From Nitrospirota bacterium (GTDB taxonomy: Bacteria; Nitrospirota; UBA9217): DNA of 64,000 bases. How positions within the stretch are numbered: position 1 is the stretch's first letter; every line of letters starts with the position of its first letter. Location of the stretch: assembly GCA_963840455.1 (NCBI GenBank), contig CAWIYV010000009.1, positions 128,001 through 192,000 on the forward strand. The letters are read 5' to 3'. Below, piece after piece: positions 32,480-43,275 of the stretch. A model generated the notes under the pieces. It was not told the origin of the DNA, did not search any database, and saw nothing but the letters and a program-made list of their open reading frames with translations. A program made the position numbers and the translations under genes.

Positions 32480-33199
32480 ATGGACAAGGAACCCGAGGAT
32501 CCGACGAATGACGACCTGGAGCGCGCGATCATCTCGAGGAGGGTCCTGCGGCTCGAGGAACGACTCGACCGGCTCGATGGAGGGTCTGCCGGGAGCGGAC
32601 CGGCTCCCCATCCCGCCTGGCCTTTCGCGCTGGGATGCATTGCCGCAGTGTTCGGGTATCTGGGGATGGGCGCTCCGATGCATCCCTACCAGTATCTGTT
32701 CTCCGGCCTGCTGCTGCTTCTGGCATACCACCGCGGGTCCCTGCGTCTGCCGAAAGGCGTCTGGCGAAGGCCGCAGGTGGCGGTGAACTTCCTGACACTG
32801 TCCCAGTTCTTCATGATCGTGCTGGGAGGCGGCGTCCGGCATCCGCTTGCGTGGTTCAAGGCGCCCGCGGTCGTCAAGGATGCGCCGCCCGACGGCGGTT
32901 CGTGGTACCGGGCGTTCGTACCCGATTACAATGTCCAATGGCATGGTATTCCGGGCCTCTCGGACTGGAGCGTCGATATCACGAAGGTGCAGGCGTTCCT
33001 TCTGATCGCGACGCTGGCCGGCTCCCTCTTCCGGTTCTCGGGGTTCGCGTCCATCACGGCCCTTGCCCTGCTCATCATCTCCATCCCGGTATATCTCTCC
33101 TTCACCTGGGACTGGGTGGTGCTGTTCCTGATTTGCGGCAGTATTTCCCTCTACCTTCAGGCGAGAGCGTCCGGTCCGCACGGCGCTGGTCGCTGGTGA
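32480..33199 (+). CDS. Hypothetical membrane protein
   Basis: GGAGG RBS, several hydrophobic helices. Confidence 0.7.
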   Translation: MDKEPEDPTNDDLERAIISRRVLRLEERLDRLDGGSAGSGPAPHPAWPFALGCIAAVFGYLGMGAPMHPYQYLFSGLLLLLAYHRGSLRLPKGVWRRPQVAVNFLTLSQFFMIVLGGGVRHPLAWFKAPAVVKDAPPDGGSWYRAFVPDYNVQWHGIPGLSDWSVDITKVQAFLLIATLAGSLFRFSGFASITALALLIISIPVYLSFTWDWVVLFLICGSISLYLQARASGPHGAGRW

Positions 33200-33256
33200 G
33201 CGTCCGGGCCTTGGCACTTTCCTTTTCCTCCCGTCTACGGTATCATAGTTGCCATC

Positions 33257-34411
33257 ATGGGTCGGCCGAACAAGAAGCCTTCACGTCGCGCCCCGGACAG
33301 CCTGGCTGACGATGTCGCGCGCCTCTCCAGCCTTCTCACAAAGGAGCGGGGACGCTTGCCCGCGGCATATCTCCGGGACCCGGGCCTGCGGACAGCTTAT
33401 CTCACCTACTTCCTGCCGCCGAACCTCGACAAGATCTCTGTCCCTCTCCGCGAGCTATCCCTTCATCCCGAGAAACCTCTCGAACAGGAGCGTCTTCAGG
33501 TCCTCGACCTCGGCTCCGGGCCCGGGACGGCCATACTCGGCATTCGGCAGTTCTTTGCGCGGAACAGGATGCGGATGCGCCTCGAATGCACTGCCGTCGA
33601 CCACGTTGCCGAGAACCTGAAGGATGCCGAGGTCCTCTTCCGCGAACAGGGCGGGGTCGCTGGAGTCCCGGCAACCCTCGCAACGGTCAGGTCGGACATC
33701 GAGGCCATTGCAGAGCGTTCGGGCGGCCCCTTCGACATCATCGTGCTCTCCAATGTGCTGAACGAGCTGTATCTCCGCGAAGAGGACAGGGCCAGGAAAC
33801 GGACCGCCCTCGTCGGGCGCATCCTGGAACACCTCCTCGCGCCTGCCGGCAGCTGCATCATCATCGAACCGGCGCTCCGGGAGACATCGCGGGACCTGCT
33901 CGCGGTCCGGGACGGTATCGTGGACGCGGGGTTCCGCGTGTATTCGCCCTGCCTGGTGCAGGGACACTGCCCCGCCCTGGCGAACCCGAAGGACTGGTGC
34001 CATGAGGACCGGCCCTGGGACCCGCCTGAGATCATCACAAAGATCGACAGCCGCATCGGCCTGCGGAAGGATTCGCTCAAGTTCTCCTATGTTGTCCTGC
34101 GGAAGGACGGCCGGACCCTGGCGGACACCTGTGGTCCCGGCTCGTTGCGCGTGGTGAGCGAGCCCCTCGTCTCCAAAGGCAAGCGCGAGCTGTATCTGTG
34201 CGGCAGGGAGGGGAGGCGTCTTGCGGTGCGGCTTGACAAGGACGCTGCTCCCGATAACGAAGCCTTCGCGCAGCTCTCGCGGGGAGACATCGTCCGCGTC
34301 GAGGGACTGGTCATCGAGGAAAAACGCTTTCGGATAACGAAGGATGCGAAGGTGGTCACAATAGCCGCTTTGCGGCAGGATGGGGCCGTCCGATCGCTCC
34401 GACCACGATGA
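33257..34411 (+). CDS. Rsm22-like SAM-dependent methyltransferase
   Basis: AYLTYFLP, VLDLGSGPGT, IIEP, SPC...CP.....DWCH, FSYVVL. Confidence 0.85.
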   Translation: MGRPNKKPSRRAPDSLADDVARLSSLLTKERGRLPAAYLRDPGLRTAYLTYFLPPNLDKISVPLRELSLHPEKPLEQERLQVLDLGSGPGTAILGIRQFFARNRMRMRLECTAVDHVAENLKDAEVLFREQGGVAGVPATLATVRSDIEAIAERSGGPFDIIVLSNVLNELYLREEDRARKRTALVGRILEHLLAPAGSCIIIEPALRETSRDLLAVRDGIVDAGFRVYSPCLVQGHCPALANPKDWCHEDRPWDPPEIITKIDSRIGLRKDSLKFSYVVLRKDGRTLADTCGPGSLRVVSEPLVSKGKRELYLCGREGRRLAVRLDKDAAPDNEAFAQLSRGDIVRVEGLVIEEKRFRITKDAKVVTIAALRQDGAVRSLRPR

Positions 34412-35115
34412 ACCTTATTCTCCTTCATCCCGACGATCTTGCGAACGCGTCACGCGCGCGGCTGACCGGCCGAAGGCTCAAGCATGTGCTCGAGGTCCAC
34501 CGCGCGAACCCCGGCGACCAGCTTGCCGTAGGGTTGCTTGGCGGCAAGATCGGTACGGGCACGGTGACGCTGATCGACCGCACGGTCCTGGAGATGGACG
34601 TCCTTTTGGACCGCGACCCGCCTGCCGGTCTGCCGCTCACGGTTATGCTCGCCCTGCCGAGGCCGAAGGTGCTCAGGAGGGTCCTGTATTCGCTTTCCGT
34701 ACTGGGCGTCAAGCGCATTATCCTGGTGAACGCCGCCCGCGTGGAGAAAAGCTACTGGCAGAGCCCGTTCCTTTCGCCTGAGGCGATCCGGCATCAAGTT
34801 ATCCTGGGACTGGAGCAGTCCCGCGACACGGTGCTGCCTGAGGTCATCCTCAAACCGCTGTTCAAGCCTTTCGTGGAGGACGAGCTTCCGGAGATCATGC
34901 ACGGGACACTGGCCCTCGCCGCACATCCGGGAGGAGGGGCACCCATTCCCCGCCAGGTCTCCAGTCCGGTCACGCTTGCCGTAGGTCCGGAAGGCGGCTT
35001 TGTGCCCTATGAGATCGATAAGCTCGTTTCGCGGGGATTCGCCATTGTCAGCCTGGGAGAGCGGGTCCTGAACGTGGAGACAGCGGTCCCTGCACTGATC
35101 TCGAGGATTTTCTGA
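34408..35115 (+). CDS. rsmE: 16S rRNA m3U1498 methyltransferase
   Basis: EQSRDTVLP, AVGPEGGF, SLGERVLNVETA. Confidence 0.93.
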   Translation: MNLILLHPDDLANASRARLTGRRLKHVLEVHRANPGDQLAVGLLGGKIGTGTVTLIDRTVLEMDVLLDRDPPAGLPLTVMLALPRPKVLRRVLYSLSVLGVKRIILVNAARVEKSYWQSPFLSPEAIRHQVILGLEQSRDTVLPEVILKPLFKPFVEDELPEIMHGTLALAAHPGGGAPIPRQVSSPVTLAVGPEGGFVPYEIDKLVSRGFAIVSLGERVLNVETAVPALISRIF

Positions 35116-35188
35116 CAGCGAACCTCCGACAGGTCATTTTCGGTCATAGATCGACCGGGCTTTTTTATTTGGTTCTTAATTAAATTCC

Positions 35189-35217
35189 TTGACAAAAAAC
35201 ATTTTTGTTGATAAACT
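35189..35217 (+). promoter_or_regulatory. sigma70-type promoter upstream of the multiheme cytochrome
   Basis: TTGACA-N17-TAAACT overlapped by an ACAAAAA-N3-TTTTTGT dyad. Confidence 0.5.
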
Positions 35218-35645
35218 TTTTTAAATTTCAGCCATAATTCTACATAAAGTTTTAATTTCAGCTATAATTGTTTTTTAGGACAGTTCACGTAAGAACTTCG
35301 GTTGTTAGTTTCAGCGAGAATAACATTATCTCTGCATCGTTCAGGTGAAGAAGGTTCAATGCATCAATATTCGAGCCAGAAGCCAATAGATAGTGAATGC
35401 CGATCAGTAACATCGTTTCCCTCCATCCATTTCTTTATTCTCATAAGATTCTCGGTCGCCAACATACGAGCTTTCACTATCCCATGGAAAGGAGGCATAG
35501 AGAAAACCAGGCAGTTTGAAACTGGAACAAGTCTTGTGCTATAAAATCCTTGGATGTAGGGTAAGTTCTAGAAGGACAGAGCAGAAATACGGGTTCAAAC
35601 TTTCAAAAGTATTAAATCTGTAAAATATATGAGGAGGCAATAGTC

Positions 35646-37873
35646 ATGAAAGACAGGTTAATTCGAAGAATGTTTATGGTTGTTAATGTTGTTGATCGCT
35701 GTAATCGCAACCGGTGGTCTGATGATCGGCTGCTCGGGCGGACGGCGCAGCAGGTCCCGCAGGTCCCGCAGGCGCAGCCCGGTAGGCTGCAAACGCGACA
35801 CAAAGGCCGAGACATGCGTGCCTTTGCCGATGCCAGCGCAGCCGGCCTGGCACCGATACTCACGGCCATACATCCACATGTGACCGCTCCTACTCAAGCC
35901 GCTGTTACCGGTTTTGCTGTTGCGGCGTCAGGTGCTCTCAACAGCACCGGGACCTTTACCATCAGCTTTACTGCAGCGGGCCCGAATGGCGAAGATCTTG
36001 CTCTTAACACGCTCAGTGGGGGGCAGCGTCTGCCAACCTGGGGATCTTCGGGTTGCGTTGCCAAGCTTTCGGCAGGCGCCGGCGCAGGTGATGCGACAAA
36101 ATGGGTCAACTTTAACTATGGTGTGAATGATCGTAATCCAGCTTTTTTGACAAAATCTGGTAACAACCTATACGTATGTGGTTACGTTGCCCACGGGGAC
36201 CGTGGGTACGCTTAGCGCGTCTGGTTCCGGTTTCGTACCCACGTCCGTAAACTATGATCCGTCCGCTATGTGGCGTGTCGGAATTCAGATCAGTGCTGTT
36301 ACCGGCATTACAACGAGAAATTTGAATTACACCTATGAGTTCGTGCCCGATGGCATCCGTAGCGGCTGTTAGCAGCCGTGACATTGTAACGGAAGCGGCC
36401 TGCCGCGCGTGCCATGGCGATAATACGCTCGCCCATAGCCGCTACGCACCAAAGTATTGTCAGGTCTGCCATACCGAGGAAGTCCGGAGAAATGGCTTTA
36501 CTGTCGAGTTCCAGAATGTGGTACACAAGATCCATACGTCGCAAACGACGAGCGCTCTTAATGCGAGCGAAGTAACCTATCCTCAGGACATCCTCAACTG
36601 CAGAACTTGCCACAAGGGCGGTGCGCAAAGCGACAACTTTAAGAACGTGCCGACCATGCAGGCTTGCGGTTCCTGCCATACGACGGTGAACTTCGCAACC
36701 GGTGCAGGCCATTTAGCCGGTGCCCAGCCAACAAATGCTAACTGCGCTGGCTGTCACTCTCCCACTGCCATCGAAGGCTACCATGTGACCGACTACTCAA
36801 CCCCGAACAATCCGAGCGTTCCGACCGGTGCGGTGAACTTCAAGTACGTGATCAGCAGCGTGACGGTGACCAATACCACCCAGCCGTTGATCACCTTCGC
36901 CATCTTGTCGGGCGTGAATTCGGCGCCGACGACAACGGTTGTGTTCGACCTGTGCACCGCCGGCACAACGACGGTGATGACCGGCTTTACCGGCAGCCCG
37001 AGTTTCCTTGTCGCCTATGCGGACGGAACAGATACCTCTATCGACTTCAACAACAAGGGTAAGGCTTCCGCTCAGCCGGCTAGCGTGTCGATCCTCAATA
37101 TATGCGATGGCACCAAGGGCGTCATGACGGGCCCCTCTGTTACAACTGGTGAATACACCGCAAGAATCACCGAAGCAACTTCTGGTTTCCCCGTTGGCTC
37201 GAAACTGCGGACCATCGGCCTCCAGGGCTACTTCACCCAGGTGAGCCCGGCCCTTGCGCGCCATACACTGTCGGCCGTCAAGAATGTCACCGGTGATACT
37301 GTTCGCCGGACAGTGATCGACCCTGCAAAGTGCGGGGCCTGCCATGAGATGTTCGAAGGCCATGGCGGCAACCGCAACATCAGCGCAGAATCGACTGGAA
37401 TCAACATCTGCGTCCTGTGCCACAATCCGAATCTTTCGAGCAGCGGCACAACGGTCAATCTGACCCATCCGCAGGCGACCCAAAACATGAAGGACATGAT
37501 CCACAGTATCCATGCTGCAGGTGTGCGTACTACACCCTATACACACGCCCGTGCTAAGTCCGGCAGTAGTACGATTTATGACTGGAGCGACGTTACCTTC
37601 CCAGGCCAGCTGGATAAGTGCGAGACCTGCCACGCTCCCGGCACCTATGGCGCAATCCCCGCCGGAGCTCTGGAGACGACCGACAAGGTCGGTGCTGACG
37701 CCACGACGACATCGGAAGTGACCGCGCTTCGCAACACCGTACCGAACGCGTCTGACTTGGTGACGTCGCCGTTCACGTCGACTTGCATCGCTTGTCACGA
37801 CAGCACCTTGCCCACGGATCATATGATACTGCAGGGCGGTTGGATAAAAGGGGTTAGAACCCCAGCCCCATAG
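35646..37873 (+). CDS. OmcA/MtrC-family multiheme c-type cytochrome lipoprotein, several frameshifts in the 5' third
   Basis: Nine CxxCH in 36335-37873, VHKIH and MIHSIH distal-His motifs, YEFVPDG/SRDIVT..C..CH signature across frames; lipobox MIGC in the 35680 frame. Confidence 0.85.
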
Positions 37874-37916
37874 AATAATGATCCACGAACTGTGTATTTT
37901 CAGTTGCTGCTGATCC

Positions 37917-37949
37917 AAGGCGGACCCTTTTCAGGGTCCGCCTTTTTTT
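37917..37949 (+). terminator. Intrinsic terminator
   Basis: AAGGCGGACCCT-TTTC-AGGGTCCGCCTT plus a T run. Confidence 0.85.
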
Positions 37950-38126
37950 ACTGCGTCCTATCAGGACGAGTCAATCATGCACAACAATGTTTCAGAAACT
38001 AGAGAAATCAGGATAATTTCATGCGGTCCGGCTGATCGGGTCCGCCATCATAAATGCCTTCGTAAACGGTGGAAGATGCTAATTATGCAGGAACAATTAT
38101 TTTAACCTTGGGGAGCGCCATCGAAC

Positions 38127-41123
38127 GTGATATCCAATATTCATAAGAGACCTCTTGCTGTTTTTCTATTCATTTTTACGCTATCCGGTTTCTCAGGGCT
38201 AATTTATGAATCTATATGGACTCATTACCTTAAACTGTTCCTCGGCCATGCAGCGTATGCCCAGACGCTGGTTCTGGGCATTTTCATGGGCGGCATGGCG
38301 CTCGGGTCCTGGGTCTGCAGCAGATATTCCGTGCGATGGAAGAACCTTCTCGTCGGCTATGCGCTGACGGAAGGCATAATCGGACTGTTTGCCCTGGGGT
38401 TTCACGCCTTTTTTGTTCTGACCGTTCAACTCTCCTACAACAGCATCATTCCTCAGTTCGGATCCCCCGCTGCTGCAAATGCATATAAATGGATAGTATC
38501 GGGCTTGCTGATTGCGCCACAGTCCGTGCTTCTGGGTATGACCTTTCCTTTAATGAGCGCCGGCGTTTTACGTGTGTGGCCCCAAAATCAGGGAAGAACC
38601 ATTTCGTTGCTCTATTTTACAAACAGTATAGGAGCGGCGGCAGGCGTGTTGGCCAGTGGATTCCTCTTCATCCGCCTTGTGGGTCTGCCGGGGACCATAC
38701 AGCTTGCCGGACTTATCAACCTATGCCTGGCCCTGTTTGTATGGCGGCTCGTAAAGCGACAGGATGCGCAAGCGATCAACAATAACGACTCAACGGATAA
38801 ACGGCTGACACAACCCACCGGCAACCAATATTTCTTATTTCTTTTTGCAGCGTTTATAACGGGGGCCGCGTCATTCATTTATGAGATCAGCTGGATAAGA
38901 ATGCTAAGCCTTGTAATGGGAAGCAGCACCCATGCCTTTGAACTAATGCTGAGCGCCTTTATTCTCGGTCTGGCATTCGGCGGTTTATGGATACAGCACT
39001 GGATAGACCGCATTGCGGTTCCTGCGCGTTATCTTGCCGCCGTCCAGGTCGTTATGGGGCTTTTCGCGTTGTCCACTCTTGCGCTGTACGGGACGACGTT
39101 CGATATAATGAGATGGCTCGTGAATACGATCGACAGGTCGAGCACAGGGTATATCCTGTTCAACCTATCCGGGAACGCAATTGCGCTGTTGATCATGCTG
39201 CCGGCGACGTTCTGTGCCGGGATGACCCTACCACTTATAACCTATGCACTGATAAAGCAAGGGCATGGCGAGCGGAGCATCGGGGCGGTTTATGCAGCCA
39301 ATACGATCGGAGCGATAGTCGGAGTTTTTTTCGCTATCCATGTGGGTTTGCCGATATTCGGTTTGAAGGGGCTTATTACGATCGGCGCAGGATGCGATAT
39401 TGCGCTCGGGATAATGCTTTTTTGGGTCGCGGCGGCTTATACGTCATCTCGCAAGCCGGCCATCATAACCGCTATCAGCGTCTGTGCCGTTGCAGCCGCT
39501 TTTTTTCTTTTCAATCTTGATCCCTATAAAATGGCTTCGGAGGTCTTTCGTACCGGGGAACTGATGACGCCGGCTGATATTGAATTCAAGTATTACCGGG
39601 ACGGCAAGACCGCCACGATAAGCACCTTTTTAGAAAGGCACACGGGCATTATGGCCATCAATACGAATGGCAAGACAGACGCGTCTATCAATATGGCGCT
39701 CAATGGAGTGCCGTCCGGAGATGAGCCGACAATGATCCTTGCGGCAGTCCTGCCCATGGCATTTTATCCGGATGCCAGGACCGTGGCAAACATCGGACTT
39801 GGTTCAGGCCTTACCACCCATACACTACTCGGCAATCCCCGGCTGCAGCGGGTCGATACCGTAGAAATCGAGGGATTCGTCGTCGAAGCGGCAAAATATT
39901 TTCGTCCCCGGGTAGAGCTTGTCTACACTGACCCTCGCAGCGCTATCTTCATTGATGACGCAAAGACCTTTTTCTCGGTTCATAAAGAAAAGTATGACAT
40001 TATTATATCGGAACCGTCAAATCCGTGGGTTAGCGGGGTATCCGGCCTTTTTTCGGAGGAGTTTTACCGCCGGCTCAAGCAGAATTTGACCGAAAATGGA
40101 TTATTTGTTCAATGGATCCATTTGTATGAAATAAATACCGATATTGTCATATCCGTTCTGAAGGCGGTGTCTCGCCATTTTTCCGATTTTGTCATATATG
40201 CGGCACACGATCGGGATATGCTCATCATTGCGAAGAAGAATGGACAGCTGGAGGACTTTGACCGCAGCGTATTTAAGCTCCCCGCGATAACAACCGCGCT
40301 CGAAAGAGTATATATCAAGGGCGTACAGGACATGGAATTGCGAAAGATAGGCAATAGGAAATTCCTGAACGCGATGATCGAGTCCTACCCTATACGCGCG
40401 AATTCGGACTATTACCCTGTTGTTGATCAGAGTGCGGCACGTGCGAGATTCCTGCAGTCAAATGCCTATGGTTTTCACAATCTTTCCAATAATCTGCTGC
40501 CTGCATTGGAAATGCTACAAGGATCCGGCCCGTCATGGACGACTACGGATGTTGCTTTTCCGTCTCTTTACGTTAAGTCGCAATCCATATTTACTGCCAT
40601 GGCTCTGCGTGACTACAGCCTCCATGGGAACTTCGGGCCGAGGTACGGAAATGTGCCTCGAAATGTTCAACAGCAAGCACTCGAATTTAGGAATTTATTT
40701 TATCAATGCCGCTCACAGTCGGACCGGATCGACAGACATGCCGGCCTTTTCAATGCATCGGTCAGCATGGTTCCCTATTTACGGCCTCAGGAATTGGAGG
40801 CTGTCTGGAAGAAAATGGAAGCTGGTCCCTGCGTCCGATCACTTTCGTCAGCAGAGAAAAATTGGATAGCCTTATTCAAGGCTATAGGCAGGCGCGATGC
40901 AGTAGCCATGGTCAGGGGGGCAAAGTCTGTCTTGGAGAACGAGCAAGGGCTGGGCGCGAGAGAATTGCAATTTCTCGTAGCTTCAGGAATGACGGGATCA
41001 CTGATGCAGGGGGACAAAGACGGATCTTTCAGATTATGGTCCGCTTACCGGTCGCAAATGTTCGCAAACGGTCAGCCCGATCTTTTGTTCCGTCTTTTGA
41101 CTGCCGAGAGCGCAACAAACTGA
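38127..41123 (+). CDS. Fused multi-TM / spermidine synthase-like protein
   Basis: SGLIYESIW, GMTFPL repeats; IGLGSGLT, VEIE, DDAK, YDIIISEPSNPW. Confidence 0.88.
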   Translation: MISNIHKRPLAVFLFIFTLSGFSGLIYESIWTHYLKLFLGHAAYAQTLVLGIFMGGMALGSWVCSRYSVRWKNLLVGYALTEGIIGLFALGFHAFFVLTVQLSYNSIIPQFGSPAAANAYKWIVSGLLIAPQSVLLGMTFPLMSAGVLRVWPQNQGRTISLLYFTNSIGAAAGVLASGFLFIRLVGLPGTIQLAGLINLCLALFVWRLVKRQDAQAINNNDSTDKRLTQPTGNQYFLFLFAAFITGAASFIYEISWIRMLSLVMGSSTHAFELMLSAFILGLAFGGLWIQHWIDRIAVPARYLAAVQVVMGLFALSTLALYGTTFDIMRWLVNTIDRSSTGYILFNLSGNAIALLIMLPATFCAGMTLPLITYALIKQGHGERSIGAVYAANTIGAIVGVFFAIHVGLPIFGLKGLITIGAGCDIALGIMLFWVAAAYTSSRKPAIITAISVCAVAAAFFLFNLDPYKMASEVFRTGELMTPADIEFKYYRDGKTATISTFLERHTGIMAINTNGKTDASINMALNGVPSGDEPTMILAAVLPMAFYPDARTVANIGLGSGLTTHTLLGNPRLQRVDTVEIEGFVVEAAKYFRPRVELVYTDPRSAIFIDDAKTFFSVHKEKYDIIISEPSNPWVSGVSGLFSEEFYRRLKQNLTENGLFVQWIHLYEINTDIVISVLKAVSRHFSDFVIYAAHDRDMLIIAKKNGQLEDFDRSVFKLPAITTALERVYIKGVQDMELRKIGNRKFLNAMIESYPIRANSDYYPVVDQSAARARFLQSNAYGFHNLSNNLLPALEMLQGSGPSWTTTDVAFPSLYVKSQSIFTAMALRDYSLHGNFGPRYGNVPRNVQQQALEFRNLFYQCRSQSDRIDRHAGLFNASVSMVPYLRPQELEAVWKKMEAGPCVRSLSSAEKNWIALFKAIGRRDAVAMVRGAKSVLENEQGLGARELQFLVASGMTGSLMQGDKDGSFRLWSAYRSQMFANGQPDLLFRLLTAESATN

Positions 41124-41280
41124 TAAAGTGTCAACTTTTGCACCCCGATATAAGATCTGAACCTGCTTCCGTAAAATCGTATTAGCAGGAATACTGGAGT
41201 GCCATCTATTCATGAGACGGCCTTTACGGATAAGGAGCATAAGGAACAGGAAGTATTAGTAGTTTCTTTAAATATATTGC

Positions 41281-41309
41281 TTGCAAAAACACATTAAGTG
41301 TTTTAGAAT
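41281..41309 (+). promoter_or_regulatory. sigma70-type promoter of the porin-cytochrome operon
   Basis: TTGCAA-N17-TAGAAT overlapped by an AAAACAC-N5-GTGTTTT dyad. Confidence 0.5.
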
Positions 41310-41483
41310 CTTTGGCCAACGGCTGAAATAAATCAATATTCATAAATGGATAGGAGGGATAAATTATCGACGCTCGAATCCATTGAAAAGAGCATCATAG
41401 AGCGAAAATAAGCTTTGCTCGATCGACCTACAATATAGTTAAAGAGCCCCAATAGGTAAACATTTAGAAGGGAGGGTGGAATT

Positions 41484-42827
41484 TTGAAAAATACAAATAT
41501 GTTTCACATCATCGGATCCAAAAGGTTTCCGATATTCCTTGTTGTTGCATCGCTTGTGTACGGATTTCTATTCTTGCCTGCTGCGTCCACGGCAGCCAGC
41601 CTGGCGGGTAATTCCAACACGTACCTTCAATCCAGGGAGAGTGCTGGCGGTGCGAACCTAATGCCGATCTACGAGTATCTCGATTTCAATGTGCAGAACC
41701 TGGGGAAGGAGTCGATTTCGTTCCACTTCGGCGGCTGGTTGGGTTACGATCTGCAGGATGACTCCTTCGGGAACGACAAGAAGAAAGGCAGTGATCTCCA
41801 GTATGGATACCTTAGCTATCGGACGAAGGAGCATAATGCTGTTGTGAACCTGGGCCGGGTAATGGTCTTTGAAGGCGTCGCCGCGGAGCGGGTGGATGGG
41901 ATCTATGCGAGAACGGACCTGATGAAGGGGTTCGCGATCTCCGCCTTCGGCGGTGCACCGGTGGAGACGAACGACAACGCTCTGGGCAATAGTACGATCT
42001 ACGGCGGCCGCCTCTCCCATCAATATGAAGGCGTTTACACCATCGGACTGTCCTACCTGAATGAGACTAAAGACAACAATGAGACACAGAACCCTCAGAG
42101 CACTGATGATATCTGGCGGCGGGAGGGAGGCATCGACCTCTGGGTTCGGCCTATGAATAAAGTGGAGCTTACCGGTAAGTCCGCGTACAACTTTCAAACG
42201 ACCGGTTGGATGGAACACTCCTACTACCTGATGTTCGGTCCCTTTGACAAGATGCGGGTTAATGCTGAGGCGACGTGGATCAGTTATGAGGACTACTTCG
42301 CGTCTACAACCAGCAGCGCCTTCAAACTGACCCCCGGCGGCCCCCTGGATCCCAAGGAGAAGGTGAGCATCCTGGGACCGGAGGTCTTTTACGCGATCAA
42401 CGAAAACTGGGGCATATCAGCTGATTACAAGTCCTACTCGTACGATATCGCGGGTAGCGCCAGCTATTATGGCGTCAAAGCGACCTTCAGGACGCCGAAA
42501 AGCTACAACGCCGGCATCTCGATCCATAAGATGGACGGGGAGACTGACCGGCTCAAATACGATGAATACCGGCTGTATGCATCAAAAAAGATCGAGAAGA
42601 TCGATGTTGCCATCGATCTTCTCGATGTGAAGTATAAAGAGCCTATTAACGATGTAACAAATGCCTATTCGGCCACGCTGGCCGCAGGCTACGAACTGAC
42701 ACAGAAGCTGAAGCTTGGAGCCGACCTGGAATACTCGAAGAACCCTGATTTCGACAAGGATGTTCGGTTCTTTCTGAAACTCAATTACCGGTTCGATGCT
42801 GAACTGGGGAAGCGCAAGGGGGTATAG
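41484..42827 (+). CDS. Putative outer-membrane beta-barrel of a porin-cytochrome conduit
   Basis: Signal peptide, alternating Tyr/Gly-rich strands, KLNYRF terminal strand; directly upstream of two multiheme cytochromes. Confidence 0.75.
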   Translation: MKNTNMFHIIGSKRFPIFLVVASLVYGFLFLPAASTAASLAGNSNTYLQSRESAGGANLMPIYEYLDFNVQNLGKESISFHFGGWLGYDLQDDSFGNDKKKGSDLQYGYLSYRTKEHNAVVNLGRVMVFEGVAAERVDGIYARTDLMKGFAISAFGGAPVETNDNALGNSTIYGGRLSHQYEGVYTIGLSYLNETKDNNETQNPQSTDDIWRREGGIDLWVRPMNKVELTGKSAYNFQTTGWMEHSYYLMFGPFDKMRVNAEATWISYEDYFASTTSSAFKLTPGGPLDPKEKVSILGPEVFYAINENWGISADYKSYSYDIAGSASYYGVKATFRTPKSYNAGISIHKMDGETDRLKYDEYRLYASKKIEKIDVAIDLLDVKYKEPINDVTNAYSATLAAGYELTQKLKLGADLEYSKNPDFDKDVRFFLKLNYRFDAELGKRKGV

Positions 42828-42828
42828 C

Positions 42829-43275
42829 ATGAATAACAAGACGAAAATACTGTCGTTCCTCCTGCTCCTGCTGGTATTTGCTCTCGCCCTGCATGTGGCT
42901 AGCAGCACGGCAGGGACAGCCCTGAAACATCCTATGGAGGTGGAAGTGCCGGTCATGTGCAGCCAGTGCCATACTGACTGGCGGGCATCGATGGACCATT
43001 CAGCAGAGTTTGGCGGTCTTCGGCACAAATTTTCCGCGAAGCAGAACAAGCAGACCTGTGATCTTTGCCATGCCGAGTCATTCTGTTCGGATTGCCATGC
43101 GCACAAGGACCAACTAAAGCCGAGCGACAAGTACAAGGATGCCCCGGAACGGGCGCTCCCCCATCGGGGAGATTATATCAACCAACATAAGATCGACGGC
43201 CGGATCAACCCTGCGTCGTGCATGAAATGCCATGGCCGCACGAACAATGAGAGGTGCAAAACATGTCACAGATAG
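42829..43275 (+). CDS. Pentaheme c-type cytochrome
   Basis: Signal peptide; CSQCH, CDLCH, CSDCH, CMKCH, CKTCH. Confidence 0.9.
   Translation: MNNKTKILSFLLLLLVFALALHVASSTAGTALKHPMEVEVPVMCSQCHTDWRASMDHSAEFGGLRHKFSAKQNKQTCDLCHAESFCSDCHAHKDQLKPSDKYKDAPERALPHRGDYINQHKIDGRINPASCMKCHGRTNNERCKTCHR

Noticed and set aside
31796-32640. Repeated short ORFs (MFILIARWPR..., similar text at 4300-4435 and 28420-28620)
   Set aside because: These are translations of the non-coding repeat, not genes; the N-terminal extensions of the ACT and flavin reductase ORFs are the same artefact
35523-35540. sigma54 promoter TGGAAC-AAGTC-TTGT upstream of the cytochrome
   Set aside because: The -12 element reads GT rather than GC; too weak to call
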